From contig JAHDQO010000006.1 in NCBI GenBank assembly GCA_018433765.1, forward strand, positions 247,034 to 311,033: DNA of 64,000 nt. The letters run 5' to 3'. The DNA is from Tissierellales bacterium. Lineage in GTDB: Bacteria; Bacillota; Clostridia; Tissierellales; Sedimentibacteraceae. This document shows, piece by piece, positions 9,961-20,696 of this stretch. The stretch's first letter is position 1. Each line of letters begins with the position of its first letter. Made by a program: the position numbers and the translations under genes. Below the pieces are notes generated by a model. It was not told the origin of the DNA and searched no databases. It saw nothing but the letters and a program-made list of their open reading frames with translations.

Positions 9961-10638
9961 TTATGATTTTTTTATAACCTTATATATGAATTTTGGTCTG
10001 CCAACTGAACCATATTTTATTTCCGATTTAATTTTTGATATACTTTCTAAATATTCTAAGTATCTTCTTATAGTTACAGAACTGATACCTAATTCTTCAC
10101 TCAAATCCTCTGCACCAAATCCCTTTTTAACATATTTATTGTTTATTAGCTTAAGTATTGTTGCCAATGTTTTTTCCTGCATACCTTTTGGCAGTGCATT
10201 TTTTGTTCTAATTGTTTTTATAATTCTATCTATTTCTTGTTGTTCTACAGCTTGTTTATTAATTAAAGTGTAATATCTTTCTTTATAGTTTTCTAATGTT
10301 TGAACAAGTCTATTATATTTAAATGGTTTTACAAGATAATCTACTGCACCATATTTTAAAGCAGTACTAATATCTTCAGTATCATTTGATGCAGTAACAA
10401 GTATTATATCTGTTTTTATTTGAAGTTTTCTTAATTCTTTTATTAAAGAAATTCCATCTAATTTAGGCATATATATATCTACTACAGCAAGAGCTATTGC
10501 ATTTTTCTCAAGAAATTTTATAGCTTCTAACCCATCTCTACAAACTCCTACGACTATATAATCACTAACACTTTCAATGTACCCTTTGTTTATTTCAGCT
10601 ACCATTGGATCATCTTCAACTATTAGAACTTTTATCAT
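9961..10638 (-). CDS. CitB/DcuR-family response regulator
   Basis: REC domain (VLIVEDD ... D ... K) plus a DcuR-type C-terminal HTH. Start is taken at MIKVLIV, which has RBS AAGGGGGAAGA and overlaps the end of the kinase gene. Confidence 0.8.
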   Translation of the reverse strand: MIKVLIVEDDPMVAEINKGYIESVSDYIVVGVCRDGLEAIKFLEKNAIALAVVDIYMPKLDGISLIKELRKLQIKTDIILVTASNDTEDISTALKYGAVDYLVKPFKYNRLVQTLENYKERYYTLINKQAVEQQEIDRIIKTIRTKNALPKGMQEKTLATILKLINNKYVKKGFGAEDLSEELGISSVTIRRYLEYLESISKIKSEIKYGSVGRPKFIYKVIKKS

Positions 10639-12232
10639 CGTCTTCCCCCTTATATAATACAATTTTAAAGGTTGTTCCTTTGCCATGTTTAGAATAAACT
10701 TCAATTTTACCATTCATATTTTCAACACTTCTTTTAGTAAGGTCTAGTCCAACTCCTCCACTATTAGGTTTAGTTGTACAACCTCTTATAAATATTTTAT
10801 CTTTATCTTCATCTTTTATCCCTATTCCATTATCTTTAACTATTATATTAATATGTTCATCTTTATCTTCAATTTTTAATGACACAAATTTTTCATCTTT
10901 ATTAGATTTCAAATCTGCTTCAAATGCATTTTCTAATAGATTTCCTATTATAGTTACTAAATCATTATTATATTTGCTTGTTTCTTCAGAAAGATATGTT
11001 TTTTTATCTATATCAAAGTTTATTCCTAACTCTTTTGCTCTACTCGTTTTACCTATTAATAATGCTGCTATTGTTGTATTTTTAATTTTTCTAGTTACTA
11101 TATTACCAATTTGTTTTTGTAATTGAGCTGCATTCAATATATATTTTTCTGCTTTATCATACTTTTTTGTATGAATAAATCCTAAAATTACATGGAGTTT
11201 ATTCATAAATTCATGATTATTAGCCCTTAAGGCTTCAACAATTTGCTTAACTCCTGTTATTTCTTCTGCCATCCTTATTATTTGTGTTCTATCTCTAAAT
11301 GTAGCTATTGCTCCGATTATTTTTTCTTCATCTTTCACAACGACTCTATTTGCAACAACTACCGTACCATTAAAAACATCTTCATAATTATACTCATTAT
11401 TACCGCTTTCTAATACCCTAATAAGTTTAGTTGAAGGAACAACATCTACTACATTCATTCCCATAATTGCTTCTGGATTTGAATTAATATTTAGTATATT
11501 TATCGCAGATTGATTTATCATAGTAATTTTTTTATTGACATCAACGGCTAATATTCCCTCGTGGATAGCATTTATCATTCCTTTTTTTTCGTTATACAAT
11601 TGCACAATTTCATGAGGTTCGAGTCCTAATAGTGTATTTTTTATGTTTTTAGAAAGTAATACTGCTCCTATTATACCAACTATTAATCCTATTATTGCAG
11701 TAAATATTAAGGATTTTATGGAATTTATTCTAACTTCATTTATTATTTCCATTAAAGTTCCAACACACACAAAACCAATTTGATTATTCGTCGAATTAAA
11801 AATTGGGTAAAAAGCCCTAAGAGATTTGCCTAAAGTTCCTTCAGCTTCTGATATATAGCTCTCACCCGTCTCAATTACTCTTTTTTCATCTCCACCTTTG
11901 AACTTTTTACCAATATTATAAGGATACGGATGCGAATATCTAATACTGTTCATATCCGTAACTACAATAAATTGAATATTTTCTACAGACGTAAGGATAG
12001 TATTTACTTGTTTTTGAATAGTATCATCATCTTTATCTTCTAGAGCATCAATAATTACAGTATTCTTAGATATTGATACAGCAATATTCATTATATTCAT
12101 TTCTACATACTCACGTATGTTTACTATTTCATTTCTAATATTTATTATAGTAGAAATAAGAATAGAAATCATTATAACAAGTGCAGCGAGTATTGTTATT
12201 TTAACTGAAAGGCTTAAATGTTTCTTATTCAT
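10616..12232 (-). CDS. CitA/DcuS-family sensor histidine kinase
   Basis: Two transmembrane segments flanking an extracytoplasmic sensor domain, then PAS, a HisKA-like region and a HATPase domain (GGVGLDL ... NGKIEV). Confidence 0.8.
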   Translation of the reverse strand: MNKKHLSLSVKITILAALVIMISILISTIINIRNEIVNIREYVEMNIMNIAVSISKNTVIIDALEDKDDDTIQKQVNTILTSVENIQFIVVTDMNSIRYSHPYPYNIGKKFKGGDEKRVIETGESYISEAEGTLGKSLRAFYPIFNSTNNQIGFVCVGTLMEIINEVRINSIKSLIFTAIIGLIVGIIGAVLLSKNIKNTLLGLEPHEIVQLYNEKKGMINAIHEGILAVDVNKKITMINQSAINILNINSNPEAIMGMNVVDVVPSTKLIRVLESGNNEYNYEDVFNGTVVVANRVVVKDEEKIIGAIATFRDRTQIIRMAEEITGVKQIVEALRANNHEFMNKLHVILGFIHTKKYDKAEKYILNAAQLQKQIGNIVTRKIKNTTIAALLIGKTSRAKELGINFDIDKKTYLSEETSKYNNDLVTIIGNLLENAFEADLKSNKDEKFVSLKIEDKDEHINIIVKDNGIGIKDEDKDKIFIRGCTTKPNSGGVGLDLTKRSVENMNGKIEVYSKHGKGTTFKIVLYKGEDDDKSSNS

Positions 12233-12270
12233 TAAATCACCTTTTGTAATGATATATTATTGTTATTCTA

Positions 12271-13083
12271 CTAATTATATTTCAACTTTTTAACTGTTTT
12301 TATTTTTTTCATAACTTCATTACATTTTATTAATAGTATAGCTGCTACAAAAACCATTATTACCTGAAGATTTATTCCAGGTAAAATAAAAGATTCTGGA
12401 ATATTTACAGTTGGTGCAAGGCTTTGGATTAAAACAGAAAATGTATTGTTTAAAAAGTGAAGAAACATTGATGTATATATCGATCTTGTTTTATATACAG
12501 TATAAGAAAATACCACTCCTAATAAAAATGTTGGCACAAATTTTAATAAACTTAAGTGCAGTGCTGCAAACATTGCTGACGAAATTATTATAGCTTTAGC
12601 AGGAGACATATTTTCTATAAAAGACGAAAAAATAAATCCTCTAAACAAAAGTTCTTCTGTAATAGCTGGCATTAGTCCTATTAAAAGTAACTGCTCCAAA
12701 AGAACTGTATTGCTAAACAAATAATCAAAGGTTTTTACAAGTTCTTTTTCTTCCGGTAAAAACCTAACGGCAATCGCAGCATAAATTAAGCTAATTACAA
12801 GTGCACAAAACCATAAACCTATACCCTTAAATATGAAACTTGCATTTTTAGGTTTGTTTAGAAAGAAAACTCTTCTATAATCTTTTTTAAATACTCCTGT
12901 TAATATAATAACAGGTAAGAATATAATTAAAAAATGAGTTACCGGTATTCCTGGTATTCCAAAAACATTGTATATTGGCTGACTTAAAAACAAAAACCCA
13001 ATTACTATTAAAACATAAGTTATTATAACATCTCTTACTTTAAACGTCATTTTATCATCCCTTTCAACATAATTTATTTTCAA
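12271..13083 (-). CDS. CPBP-family intramembrane metalloprotease (CAAX protease-like)
   Basis: EELLFRG, FxxxH and HFLNN motifs in a polytopic membrane protein. Confidence 0.7.
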   Translation of the reverse strand: MKINYVERDDKMTFKVRDVIITYVLIVIGFLFLSQPIYNVFGIPGIPVTHFLIIFLPVIILTGVFKKDYRRVFFLNKPKNASFIFKGIGLWFCALVISLIYAAIAVRFLPEEKELVKTFDYLFSNTVLLEQLLLIGLMPAITEELLFRGFIFSSFIENMSPAKAIIISSAMFAALHLSLLKFVPTFLLGVVFSYTVYKTRSIYTSMFLHFLNNTFSVLIQSLAPTVNIPESFILPGINLQVIMVFVAAILLIKCNEVMKKIKTVKKLKYN

Positions 13084-14410
13084 TAAGTTCTGCTAATTCT
13101 TTTGCGTATTTTTCTATTTCTTCTTCATTTTGTCCTTCTATCATTACTCTAACTAAAGGTTCTGTCCCTGATGGTCTTATAAGTACTCTTCCCTTTCCAT
13201 GGAAGTATTCTTCAATTTCCTGTATCTTTATTTTTATAGTTTCATCTCTTAAATATTCCTTCTTCTTATTATTATCAACTTTTGCATTAATAAGTACTTG
13301 AGGCATTGTTTTCATAACGGAAGCAAGTTCTGATAATTTTTTACCTGTCTCTTTTACTACTGAAACCAACTGGACAGCAGTTAATAAACCATCTCCTGTT
13401 GTATTATGATCTAAAAATATGATGTGTCCTGATTGTTCCCCTCCAAGAGAATAACCGTTATCTTTCATTTTTCCCAAAACGTATCTGTCGCCTACTTTTG
13501 TTTTTAGTATTTCTATTTTTTCTTTTTTAAGACATAAATCAAGTCCCATGTTGCTCATTACAGTTCCTACTATTGTATTATTATTTAATTTATTATTCTT
13601 TTTAAGATTAATACCACAAACAGCCATTATATGGTCACCATCTACTATATTACCATTTTCATCAGATGCTATTAATCTATCTGCATCACCATCAAATGAA
13701 AGTCCTATATCTGCACCTGTTTCTATAACAAGTTTTTGTATTTCATCAGGCTTTGTAGAGCCACAGTTTACATTTATATTTATTCCATTTGGATCACTGT
13801 TTATCACATATACTTGTGCACCAAGTTCATGAAATAATTGCGGTGCTGCTTTATATACTGCTCCATTTCCACAGTCTAATGCTACTTTTATGCCTTCAAA
13901 GTTTATATTAATAGTGTCTTTAATATAATCCATATACTTTCTTGTAGGATTTTCAACTATGATTTTTCTTCCTACTTCTGCTTCTACAGGCATATAATCT
14001 ATATCTTTGCCATTCAATATGTATTCTTCAATTTCATCTTCAATTTCATCAGTAAGCTTAAAACCTTTTGAATTAAAAAACTTAATACCATTATATTCAA
14101 CAGGATTATGTGAAGCTGATATCATTACTCCTCCATCTGCTTCCAATATTTTAATCAAACAAGCTACTGCTGGTGTTGGTATTATACCTAAATATAGTAC
14201 ATCTATACCTGCTGAATTGATACCAGCCGATAAAGCTCCTTCAAGCATATCTCCCGATATTCTAGTGTCCATACCTACTATCATTTTAGGTCTTTTCTTT
14301 CCTTTAGTAAGAAGGTACCCTCCTATTCGTCCAAGTTTATATGCTAATTCTGATGTTAATTCTTTATTTGCAACGCCCCTTACTCCGTCTGTACCAAACA
14401 ATTTCCCCAT
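13064..14410 (-). CDS. glmM: Phosphoglucosamine mutase
   Basis: GlmM signature (GTDGVRG; active-site SASHNP). Start is taken at MGKLFGTDG, which has a GGAGG RBS. Confidence 0.9.
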   Translation of the reverse strand: MGKLFGTDGVRGVANKELTSELAYKLGRIGGYLLTKGKKRPKMIVGMDTRISGDMLEGALSAGINSAGIDVLYLGIIPTPAVACLIKILEADGGVMISASHNPVEYNGIKFFNSKGFKLTDEIEDEIEEYILNGKDIDYMPVEAEVGRKIIVENPTRKYMDYIKDTININFEGIKVALDCGNGAVYKAAPQLFHELGAQVYVINSDPNGININVNCGSTKPDEIQKLVIETGADIGLSFDGDADRLIASDENGNIVDGDHIMAVCGINLKKNNKLNNNTIVGTVMSNMGLDLCLKKEKIEILKTKVGDRYVLGKMKDNGYSLGGEQSGHIIFLDHNTTGDGLLTAVQLVSVVKETGKKLSELASVMKTMPQVLINAKVDNNKKKEYLRDETIKIKIQEIEEYFHGKGRVLIRPSGTEPLVRVMIEGQNEEEIEKYAKELAELIENKLC

Positions 14411-14483
14411 TTTAATAGACCTCCAAATTTTAATTGCTGTACTTATATTAACATATTTCTTATATTTCTTAAATATGCAAATT

Positions 14484-14510
14484 AAAAAGTCGTCAAATAG
14501 ACGACTTTTC
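14484..14510 (-). terminator. Rho-independent terminator after metA
   Basis: aaaagtcgtc-aaata-gacgactttt hairpin with flanking T/A runs; it overlaps the metA stop codon. Confidence 0.55.
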
Positions 14511-15426
14511 AATACTTAATTTCATTTATATCAAATGGTGTTTCTTGGTAAACAAGGTTTACCCAATTTTTAAAAAACATATTACCATGTGCTTTCCATT
14601 TAACGAACGGTTTCATTTTAGGATTATCATCAGGATAGTAATTATTTGGTACATTTATTTTTTTACCAAGTTTAATATCTCTGTCATATTCATTTTTTAA
14701 TGTGTCTCTATCGTATTCAGAGTGTCCCATTACAAATATTTTTCTATAGTTTTTTGTAGATGCTATATGAATTCCTGCATCTTTGGAACATGCAAGTATA
14801 TCAAGTTCGTCTACATTTTCTATATCCTGTCTTCTTACTGTAGTATGCCTTGAATGGGGAACATAAAATATATCATCAAAACCTCTAAGAAGCATGCAGT
14901 TTTCATCTTTTTTCTTATGTGCAAACACACCAAAAAGCTTTCTATCTAGTGAATATTTAGGTATACTATAAAAATAATAAAGTGCTGCTTGCGCTCCCCA
15001 ACATATATATACCGTTGATGTAACATTTGTTTGTGAATACTGCATTATCTTTTTCATTTCTTCCCAATAATCTACTTGTTCATAATCTAGATGCTCAACT
15101 GGCGCTCCTGTAATTATCATACCATCAAATTTTCTATGTTTTATTTCTTCATAAGTTTTATAGAATTCTCTCATATGACTTTCTGATGTATGTTTAGACT
15201 TGTGTGATTCAGGATGAATAAACTCAACATTAATTTGTATTGGTGAATTCGACAGCATTCTTAAAAATTGTGTCTCTGTTTGTATTTTTGTCGGCATTAA
15301 ATTTACTAATGCAATCTCTAGTGGTCTAATATCCTGCTTTTCTGCTATTTCTTTATCCATTATAAAAATATTTTCATTTCTCAATATTTTATTTGCAGGA
15401 AGTTTCTTAGGTATAATTACTGGCAT
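14509..15426 (-). CDS. metA: Homoserine O-acyltransferase
   Basis: MetA/HTS family similarity along the full length. Confidence 0.85.
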   Translation of the reverse strand: MPVIIPKKLPANKILRNENIFIMDKEIAEKQDIRPLEIALVNLMPTKIQTETQFLRMLSNSPIQINVEFIHPESHKSKHTSESHMREFYKTYEEIKHRKFDGMIITGAPVEHLDYEQVDYWEEMKKIMQYSQTNVTSTVYICWGAQAALYYFYSIPKYSLDRKLFGVFAHKKKDENCMLLRGFDDIFYVPHSRHTTVRRQDIENVDELDILACSKDAGIHIASTKNYRKIFVMGHSEYDRDTLKNEYDRDIKLGKKINVPNNYYPDDNPKMKPFVKWKAHGNMFFKNWVNLVYQETPFDINEIKY

Positions 15427-15617
15427 TCAACCAACTCCTTTTTTCTCTAATACTGTCTAGCTCTTTTGTCTAAGATAAAAATTAAAAATGAAAAGATAAA
15501 AGATTAGGAAAATTTGCTCATAACTTCACAAATCAAATTATACTTATATGTTTCTAGTTACTCATTTCTATTGTTTTACCCAACAAAAGCTTCCAGATCT
15601 CTTATCTTAATATTTAT

Positions 15618-15676
15618 CGTTTTACGTAGTAAAACTTCCTTAACTTTAAACTTTTAATTTTTAACTTTTAACTTTC
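15618..15676. repeat. Dispersed intergenic element: hairpin gttttacgtagtaaaac plus an (AACTTTT)n heptamer tract
   Basis: Member of the hairpin-plus-heptamer repeat family seen throughout the window; lies between metY and metA. Confidence 0.7.
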
Positions 15677-16940
15677 TTAGAGCTTGATCTAGGTCTTTTA
15701 TAATATCATTTGCATTTTCTATTCCAACATTTATTCTTATCGCTTCTGGTAGTACACCAGCTTTTATTTGATCTTCTTCACTTAACTGTCTGTGAGTTGT
15801 ACTTGCAGGGTGTAAAAGACATGTTCTTGCGTCTCCAAGATGAACAGCAAGTTTTATAAATTCTAGATTCCTTGTAAACTCTTTTCCTGCCTCAGCTCCG
15901 CCTTTTATACCAAAAAGAATCATTCCGCTTCCACCCTTTGGCAGATACTTTTTAGCCTGCTCATATGTTTCACTGCTTTCAAGAGAAGGATAATTTACCC
16001 ATGTAACATTTTCATGGTTTTCTAAAAATTTTGCAACCTTTAAAGCATTTTCGCTATGTCTCTGCATTCTTATATGAAGAGTTTCAAGACCTCTATTGTA
16101 TATAAATGCATTAAATGCACTCATTGTAGAACCATAATCTCTAAGTACATGTGTTCTAGCTTTTGCAATAAAAGCTGCTTCTTTGAAAGTATCTAAATAA
16201 CTTAATCCATGATAACTTGGATCAGGGTCTACTAAATCTGGAAATTTTCCATTGTCCCAATTAAAGTTTCCTCCATCTACTACTACTCCACCTACACAGG
16301 TTCCTTGTCCATCAATATACTTTGTAGTTGAATGTATAACTATATTTGCTCCGTATTCTATAGGTCTGCACAAGTATGGAGTTGCAATAGTATTATCTAC
16401 TACTAAAGGAACTTCCATTTCCTTAGCTATTGCAGCTACTTTTTCTATATCAAGCACGTTCATGCCAGGATTTCCAATAGTTTCTGTAAAAAACATCTTT
16501 GTATTATCTTTAAAACAAGCTTTTATTTCTTCAATACTTGAATCTGGTTTAACAAAAGTTGTATTTATACCTATTTTTTTAAAACTTGATGATAATAAGG
16601 AAAATGTTCCACCATATAATGTAGACAGTGCTACAATGTGATCGCCTGAATTGCATAGATTAAGTGCTACCATTGATGTTGCTGCCTGACCTGAAGAAAC
16701 AGCAACAGCACCTACTCCTCCTTCTAGTAACGCCATATTATTTTCAAAAACCGCTACAGTAGGATTACTTATTCTTGAATACATATGACCATCTTCTTCA
16801 AGATCAAATAACGCAGCTACATAATCAGGATCTTTATAATTATAAGTGGTACTTTGAACTATTGGATATACTCTTGATTCGCCTTCCTCAAAATTTTCTT
16901 GTGACTGTACGCATAAAGTTTCTAATTCATATTTTTTCAT
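15654..16940 (-). CDS. metY: O-acetylhomoserine sulfhydrylase (PLP-dependent)
   Basis: Cys/Met-metabolism PLP enzyme family. Start is taken at MKKYELE, which has RBS GGAGGTAAAAAT. Confidence 0.85.
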   Translation of the reverse strand: MKKYELETLCVQSQENFEEGESRVYPIVQSTTYNYKDPDYVAALFDLEEDGHMYSRISNPTVAVFENNMALLEGGVGAVAVSSGQAATSMVALNLCNSGDHIVALSTLYGGTFSLLSSSFKKIGINTTFVKPDSSIEEIKACFKDNTKMFFTETIGNPGMNVLDIEKVAAIAKEMEVPLVVDNTIATPYLCRPIEYGANIVIHSTTKYIDGQGTCVGGVVVDGGNFNWDNGKFPDLVDPDPSYHGLSYLDTFKEAAFIAKARTHVLRDYGSTMSAFNAFIYNRGLETLHIRMQRHSENALKVAKFLENHENVTWVNYPSLESSETYEQAKKYLPKGGSGMILFGIKGGAEAGKEFTRNLEFIKLAVHLGDARTCLLHPASTTHRQLSEEDQIKAGVLPEAIRINVGIENANDIIKDLDQALRKLKVKN

Positions 16941-16958
16941 ATTTTTACCTCCATAATA

Positions 16959-16992
16959 AAAAATCTTCTCAATCAAGAGAAGATCTAATGCT
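16959..16992 (-). terminator. SAM-riboswitch expression-platform terminator
   Basis: On the minus-strand RNA, aucuucuc-uugauu-gagaagau is followed by UUUUUU. Confidence 0.7.
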
Positions 16993-17009
16993 TATTATTC
17001 TTCTCCTCA

Positions 17010-17118
17010 TCTCTCAAAGTATTCTTTGCTGGAATTAGCACCTTGCAGAATTTCTGTAGGTTGCCGAAGTTTCATAGGGCCAGTCCCTCCACCTCTCTGG
17101 ATAAGAAGTACATTATTC
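17010..17118 (-). promoter_or_regulatory. SAM-I (S-box) riboswitch controlling metY-metA
   Basis: The minus strand reads cttcttatccagagaggtggagggactggccctatgaaacttcggcaacc...gtgctaattccagcaaaga, matching the S-box consensus. It sits in the metY leader. Confidence 0.85.
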
Positions 17119-17302
17119 ATTTTACTTTATTTATAATTTTGTTTCTATATACAATACATTATAATATAATTTTTGTCAACTGTTTTTTGTATTTTTTTAT
17201 TTTATTGTCTCTTAATTTCTATTAGTATATAATAGTATTAAAATTTAAGGATAATAATAAACATAAAAACTAAGAATAATGTAGTGTCAGGTAGGTGATT
17301 TC

Positions 17303-19216
17303 ATGATTATATTATCCTGTACAAACATAACTAAATCATATATTGTAGATACAATAATTGAAAATATATCATTTTCTATAAATGAAGGCGAAAAAATTGG
17401 ACTTGTAGGACTTAATGGAGCTGGTAAAACAACTTTATTTAATATTTTAACAAATACGCTTGAATATGATGAAGGAAATATTTATATAGCAAAAGGTAAA
17501 AAAGTAGGATATTTAAAGCAAAACACTAGAATAAAAAGCAATAATACCATAATTAATGAAATGATAAAAATTTTTAGTCCCTTAATAAAAATAGAACAAA
17601 ATATAAGAGAACTAGAAAATAAAATTAGCAATTTTACAGAAGATACTGATTCAGATATATTAAACAAATATATGAATGACTATTCAGAACTTAATGAAAA
17701 ATTTGAAGCTATGAATGGTTATGGTTACAAAAGTATTATTCGAGGAGTTTTAAAAGGATTAGGATTTAGTGAAAATGAATTTGACAAGCCTATAAACTTA
17801 TTAAGTGGAGGGCAAAAAAGTAGGGTTATGCTAGCTAAACTGCTTCTAGAAAAACCAGATATTTTACTTTTGGATGAACCTACAAATCACCTTGATATAG
17901 AAGCAATCTCATGGCTTGAAAAATTCATTAATGATTTTAAAGGATCAGCAATCATAATTTCACATGATAGATATTTCCTAGATAATACGATTAGCAGAGT
18001 ATTTCTATTACAAGATAAAATTCTTAAATCATATAACGGAAATTATTCAGAATTTATGAATAAACGTAAAGTAGAAATTGAATTATTAAAGAAAAAATAT
18101 GAAGAACAAGAAAAAGAAATTACTAGGCAAGAAGAATTAATTAAAAGGCTTCAATCTTATGGAAGTAAAAGAAATATACGACAAGCCTTCAGCAGACAAA
18201 AGGCCTTAGATAAAATAAAGAAAGTTGAACCTCCTCCATACGCGTCCAAGAAAGTTAAATTAAAATTTTCGCCTAAAATTAGAAGTGGTAGAGAAGTTCT
18301 TAAAGTATCGGATTTATCTAAAAGTTTTGGTAAGCATAAACTATTTAATAATATCAATTTTGATATATATCGTGGTGACAAAATAGGTGTTATTGGCCCT
18401 AATGGAATAGGGAAGACAACATTATTAAAGATATTATCTGATAAAATCTTGGATTTTTCTGGACAAATTATCAAAGGACATTATGTTAAAACAGGATATT
18501 ACGACCAAGAACAAATTAACTTAAACGATGAAAATACAGTTATTGATGAGATTTGGGATGAGAATCCTAAGCTTGATTATTACCAAATACGAACAATGCT
18601 AGCTAGATTTTTATTTATGGGAGATGAGCTATTTAAAATAATAGGTGATTTAAGTGGTGGTGAAAAAGGAAGATTATCTCTATTAAAGCTTATGCTTTCA
18701 AACTCAAACTTTTTATTGATGGACGAACCTACTAATCATCTTGATATAGACTCAAAAGAAGTTTTAGAAGAAGCCTTAATAAATTATGATGGAACTATAT
18801 TAGTTGTTTCTCATGATAGGTATTTTTTAAATAAAGTAACTACAAAGATATTTGATATGTCTTCCACTGGACTTTATGAATATCTAGGTAATTATGACTA
18901 TTATGTTGAAAAAAAAGCAGAATTAGAAGAAGAAGATGAAAAAATAACTGATGTTAAAACTAAAACACAATTAAAACATGAAAGAAAAAAAGAGCGTGAG
19001 AATTTACGTGAGATAAAGATTAAAAATAAACAAATAAAAGATATAGAAAAATTAATCAGTGAAAATGAAAGTTTACTTTCAGAATTAGAAAATGTAATGT
19101 GTCAGCAGGAAACATACAATGATAAGACACGTGTTATGGAAGTTCAAGAAAAAATTAGCAGCACTAAAAGTAATCTTGATAATTTATATGAAAAATGGGC
19201 TGAGTTAAATGATTAA
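17303..19216 (+). CDS. ABC-F family ATPase (Uup/YdiF-like translation factor), two ABC domains plus a C-terminal coiled coil
   Basis: Two Walker A motifs (GLNGAGKTT, GPNGIGKTT), two LSGG signatures and no transmembrane domain. Confidence 0.85.
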   Translation: MIILSCTNITKSYIVDTIIENISFSINEGEKIGLVGLNGAGKTTLFNILTNTLEYDEGNIYIAKGKKVGYLKQNTRIKSNNTIINEMIKIFSPLIKIEQNIRELENKISNFTEDTDSDILNKYMNDYSELNEKFEAMNGYGYKSIIRGVLKGLGFSENEFDKPINLLSGGQKSRVMLAKLLLEKPDILLLDEPTNHLDIEAISWLEKFINDFKGSAIIISHDRYFLDNTISRVFLLQDKILKSYNGNYSEFMNKRKVEIELLKKKYEEQEKEITRQEELIKRLQSYGSKRNIRQAFSRQKALDKIKKVEPPPYASKKVKLKFSPKIRSGREVLKVSDLSKSFGKHKLFNNINFDIYRGDKIGVIGPNGIGKTTLLKILSDKILDFSGQIIKGHYVKTGYYDQEQINLNDENTVIDEIWDENPKLDYYQIRTMLARFLFMGDELFKIIGDLSGGEKGRLSLLKLMLSNSNFLLMDEPTNHLDIDSKEVLEEALINYDGTILVVSHDRYFLNKVTTKIFDMSSTGLYEYLGNYDYYVEKKAELEEEDEKITDVKTKTQLKHERKKERENLREIKIKNKQIKDIEKLISENESLLSELENVMCQQETYNDKTRVMEVQEKISSTKSNLDNLYEKWAELND

Positions 19217-19326
19217 TAAAAAGTTATCAACAAACTGGTTATAAATTGTTGATAACTTCCTTAACTTTTCTAATGCCTCATTTTTTATCCACAATAAAAA
19301 TATTTTTATCAACATCAATCTGTGGA

Positions 19327-20358
19327 TTATTTTACAAGTTCTAAATTAGGAACAGCATTAAGCTCATAATTTGCATATTCGCATTTTATGTATTTATAAT
19401 ATGCTGCACATCCAATCATAGCAGCATTATCTGTGCATAAGATTTTAGACGGATAAGTATACTCAATTTGATTATTCAAACAATTTTCCGCCATGTACTC
19501 TCTTAATCTGCTGTTAGATGCTACTCCTCCTGCCAAAGCTATAGTTTTACATTTTTTATATTTTGCAGCACTAACAGCTTTATTGACCAATACTTCTACA
19601 ACTGCTTCTTGAAAACTTGCTGCAACATCTTCTATTATTATATCTTGATTTTTCTGTTTTAAAGAATTTAAATAATTAAGTACAGATGATTTTAATCCGC
19701 TAAAACTAAAATCAAAACTTTCGTTTTCAAGATATATTCTAGGAAATTCTACTGCATTTCTGTCTCCTTTTTTAGCTTCCTGATCTATTAAAGGGCCTCC
19801 TGGATATCCAAGCCCAAGAGCTCTAGCAATTTTGTCATAAGCTTCTCCTGCTGCATCATCTCTAGTTCGTCCTAAAACTTCATATTCACCATAATTTTTT
19901 ACATATACAAGATGACTGTGCCCTCCTGATACTACTAAGCAGATAAAAGGAGGTTCAAGATTTTGATTTTCTATAAAATTAGCATGTATATGTCCTTCTA
20001 TATGATTAACAGCAATTAATGGTTTTTGCCACGCATAAGAAAGTGCTTTTGCTGAATTTATTCCAACTAACAGTGCACCTACTAAACCCGGTCCATATGT
20101 TACTGCTACAGCATCTATATCATCTGATGTAACTTTTGCTTGATCTAAAGCTTGCTGTATAACTAAATTAATTGACTCTATATGCTTCCTTGAAGCTACT
20201 TCAGGAACTACTCCCCCAAATTTTTTATGTATTTCTATTTGTGATGATATTACATTTGATAATACTTGTCTGCCATTCATTACAACTGCTGCTGATGTTT
20301 CATCACAAGACGACTCTACAGCTAGAATTGTAACATTCGATGTTTGTTTATTTTGCAT
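19327..20358 (-). CDS. tsaD: tRNA N6-adenosine threonylcarbamoyltransferase
   Basis: Kae1/TsaD family similarity ([19 protein letters not shown]). Confidence 0.9.
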   Translation of the reverse strand: MQNKQTSNVTILAVESSCDETSAAVVMNGRQVLSNVISSQIEIHKKFGGVVPEVASRKHIESINLVIQQALDQAKVTSDDIDAVAVTYGPGLVGALLVGINSAKALSYAWQKPLIAVNHIEGHIHANFIENQNLEPPFICLVVSGGHSHLVYVKNYGEYEVLGRTRDDAAGEAYDKIARALGLGYPGGPLIDQEAKKGDRNAVEFPRIYLENESFDFSFSGLKSSVLNYLNSLKQKNQDIIIEDVAASFQEAVVEVLVNKAVSAAKYKKCKTIALAGGVASNSRLREYMAENCLNNQIEYTYPSKILCTDNAAMIGCAAYYKYIKCEYANYELNAVPNLELVK

Positions 20359-20384
20359 TTCTTTCTCCTTATTTCTATTAGTCT

Positions 20385-20591
20385 CTATTCCTTAATAATT
20401 TCTGCTGCTAATATATTTTCTTTTTTAAATATACGCTGTCCTTTTCTCAGATAGCAGTATGCTTCTACTTTATCTTTTTTTATTTTATTAACTTTTATTA
20501 TCCGTTCTGTCAACTTGCTTCCTTTTTGATATATTATTTTTATTTTTTTATTCTCTAGCAATGATATTTTCAAGTAATGTTCAATCATCAT
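20385..20591 (-). CDS. Hypothetical small basic protein (68 aa)
   Basis: ORF 26 nt upstream of tsaD; no recognisable family. Confidence 0.35.
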   Translation of the reverse strand: MMIEHYLKISLLENKKIKIIYQKGSKLTERIIKVNKIKKDKVEAYCYLRKGQRIFKKENILAAEIIKE

Positions 20592-20696
20592 ATCACCCCA
20601 ATATAAACGAGTATTAAGTAACGAATAACAAGTAACTGATTTAAAATTTCTCTAGAAAAATTATTTTATGATTAATAAGTAAAACTTCATTAATTA

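Noticed and set aside
9986-10273. 95-aa plus-strand ORF
   Set aside because: It is antisense to the response regulator gene.
17043-17225. 60-aa plus-strand ORF
   Set aside because: It overlaps the SAM riboswitch on the opposite strand and the AT-rich promoter region. The translation is hydrophobic low-complexity, with no RBS.
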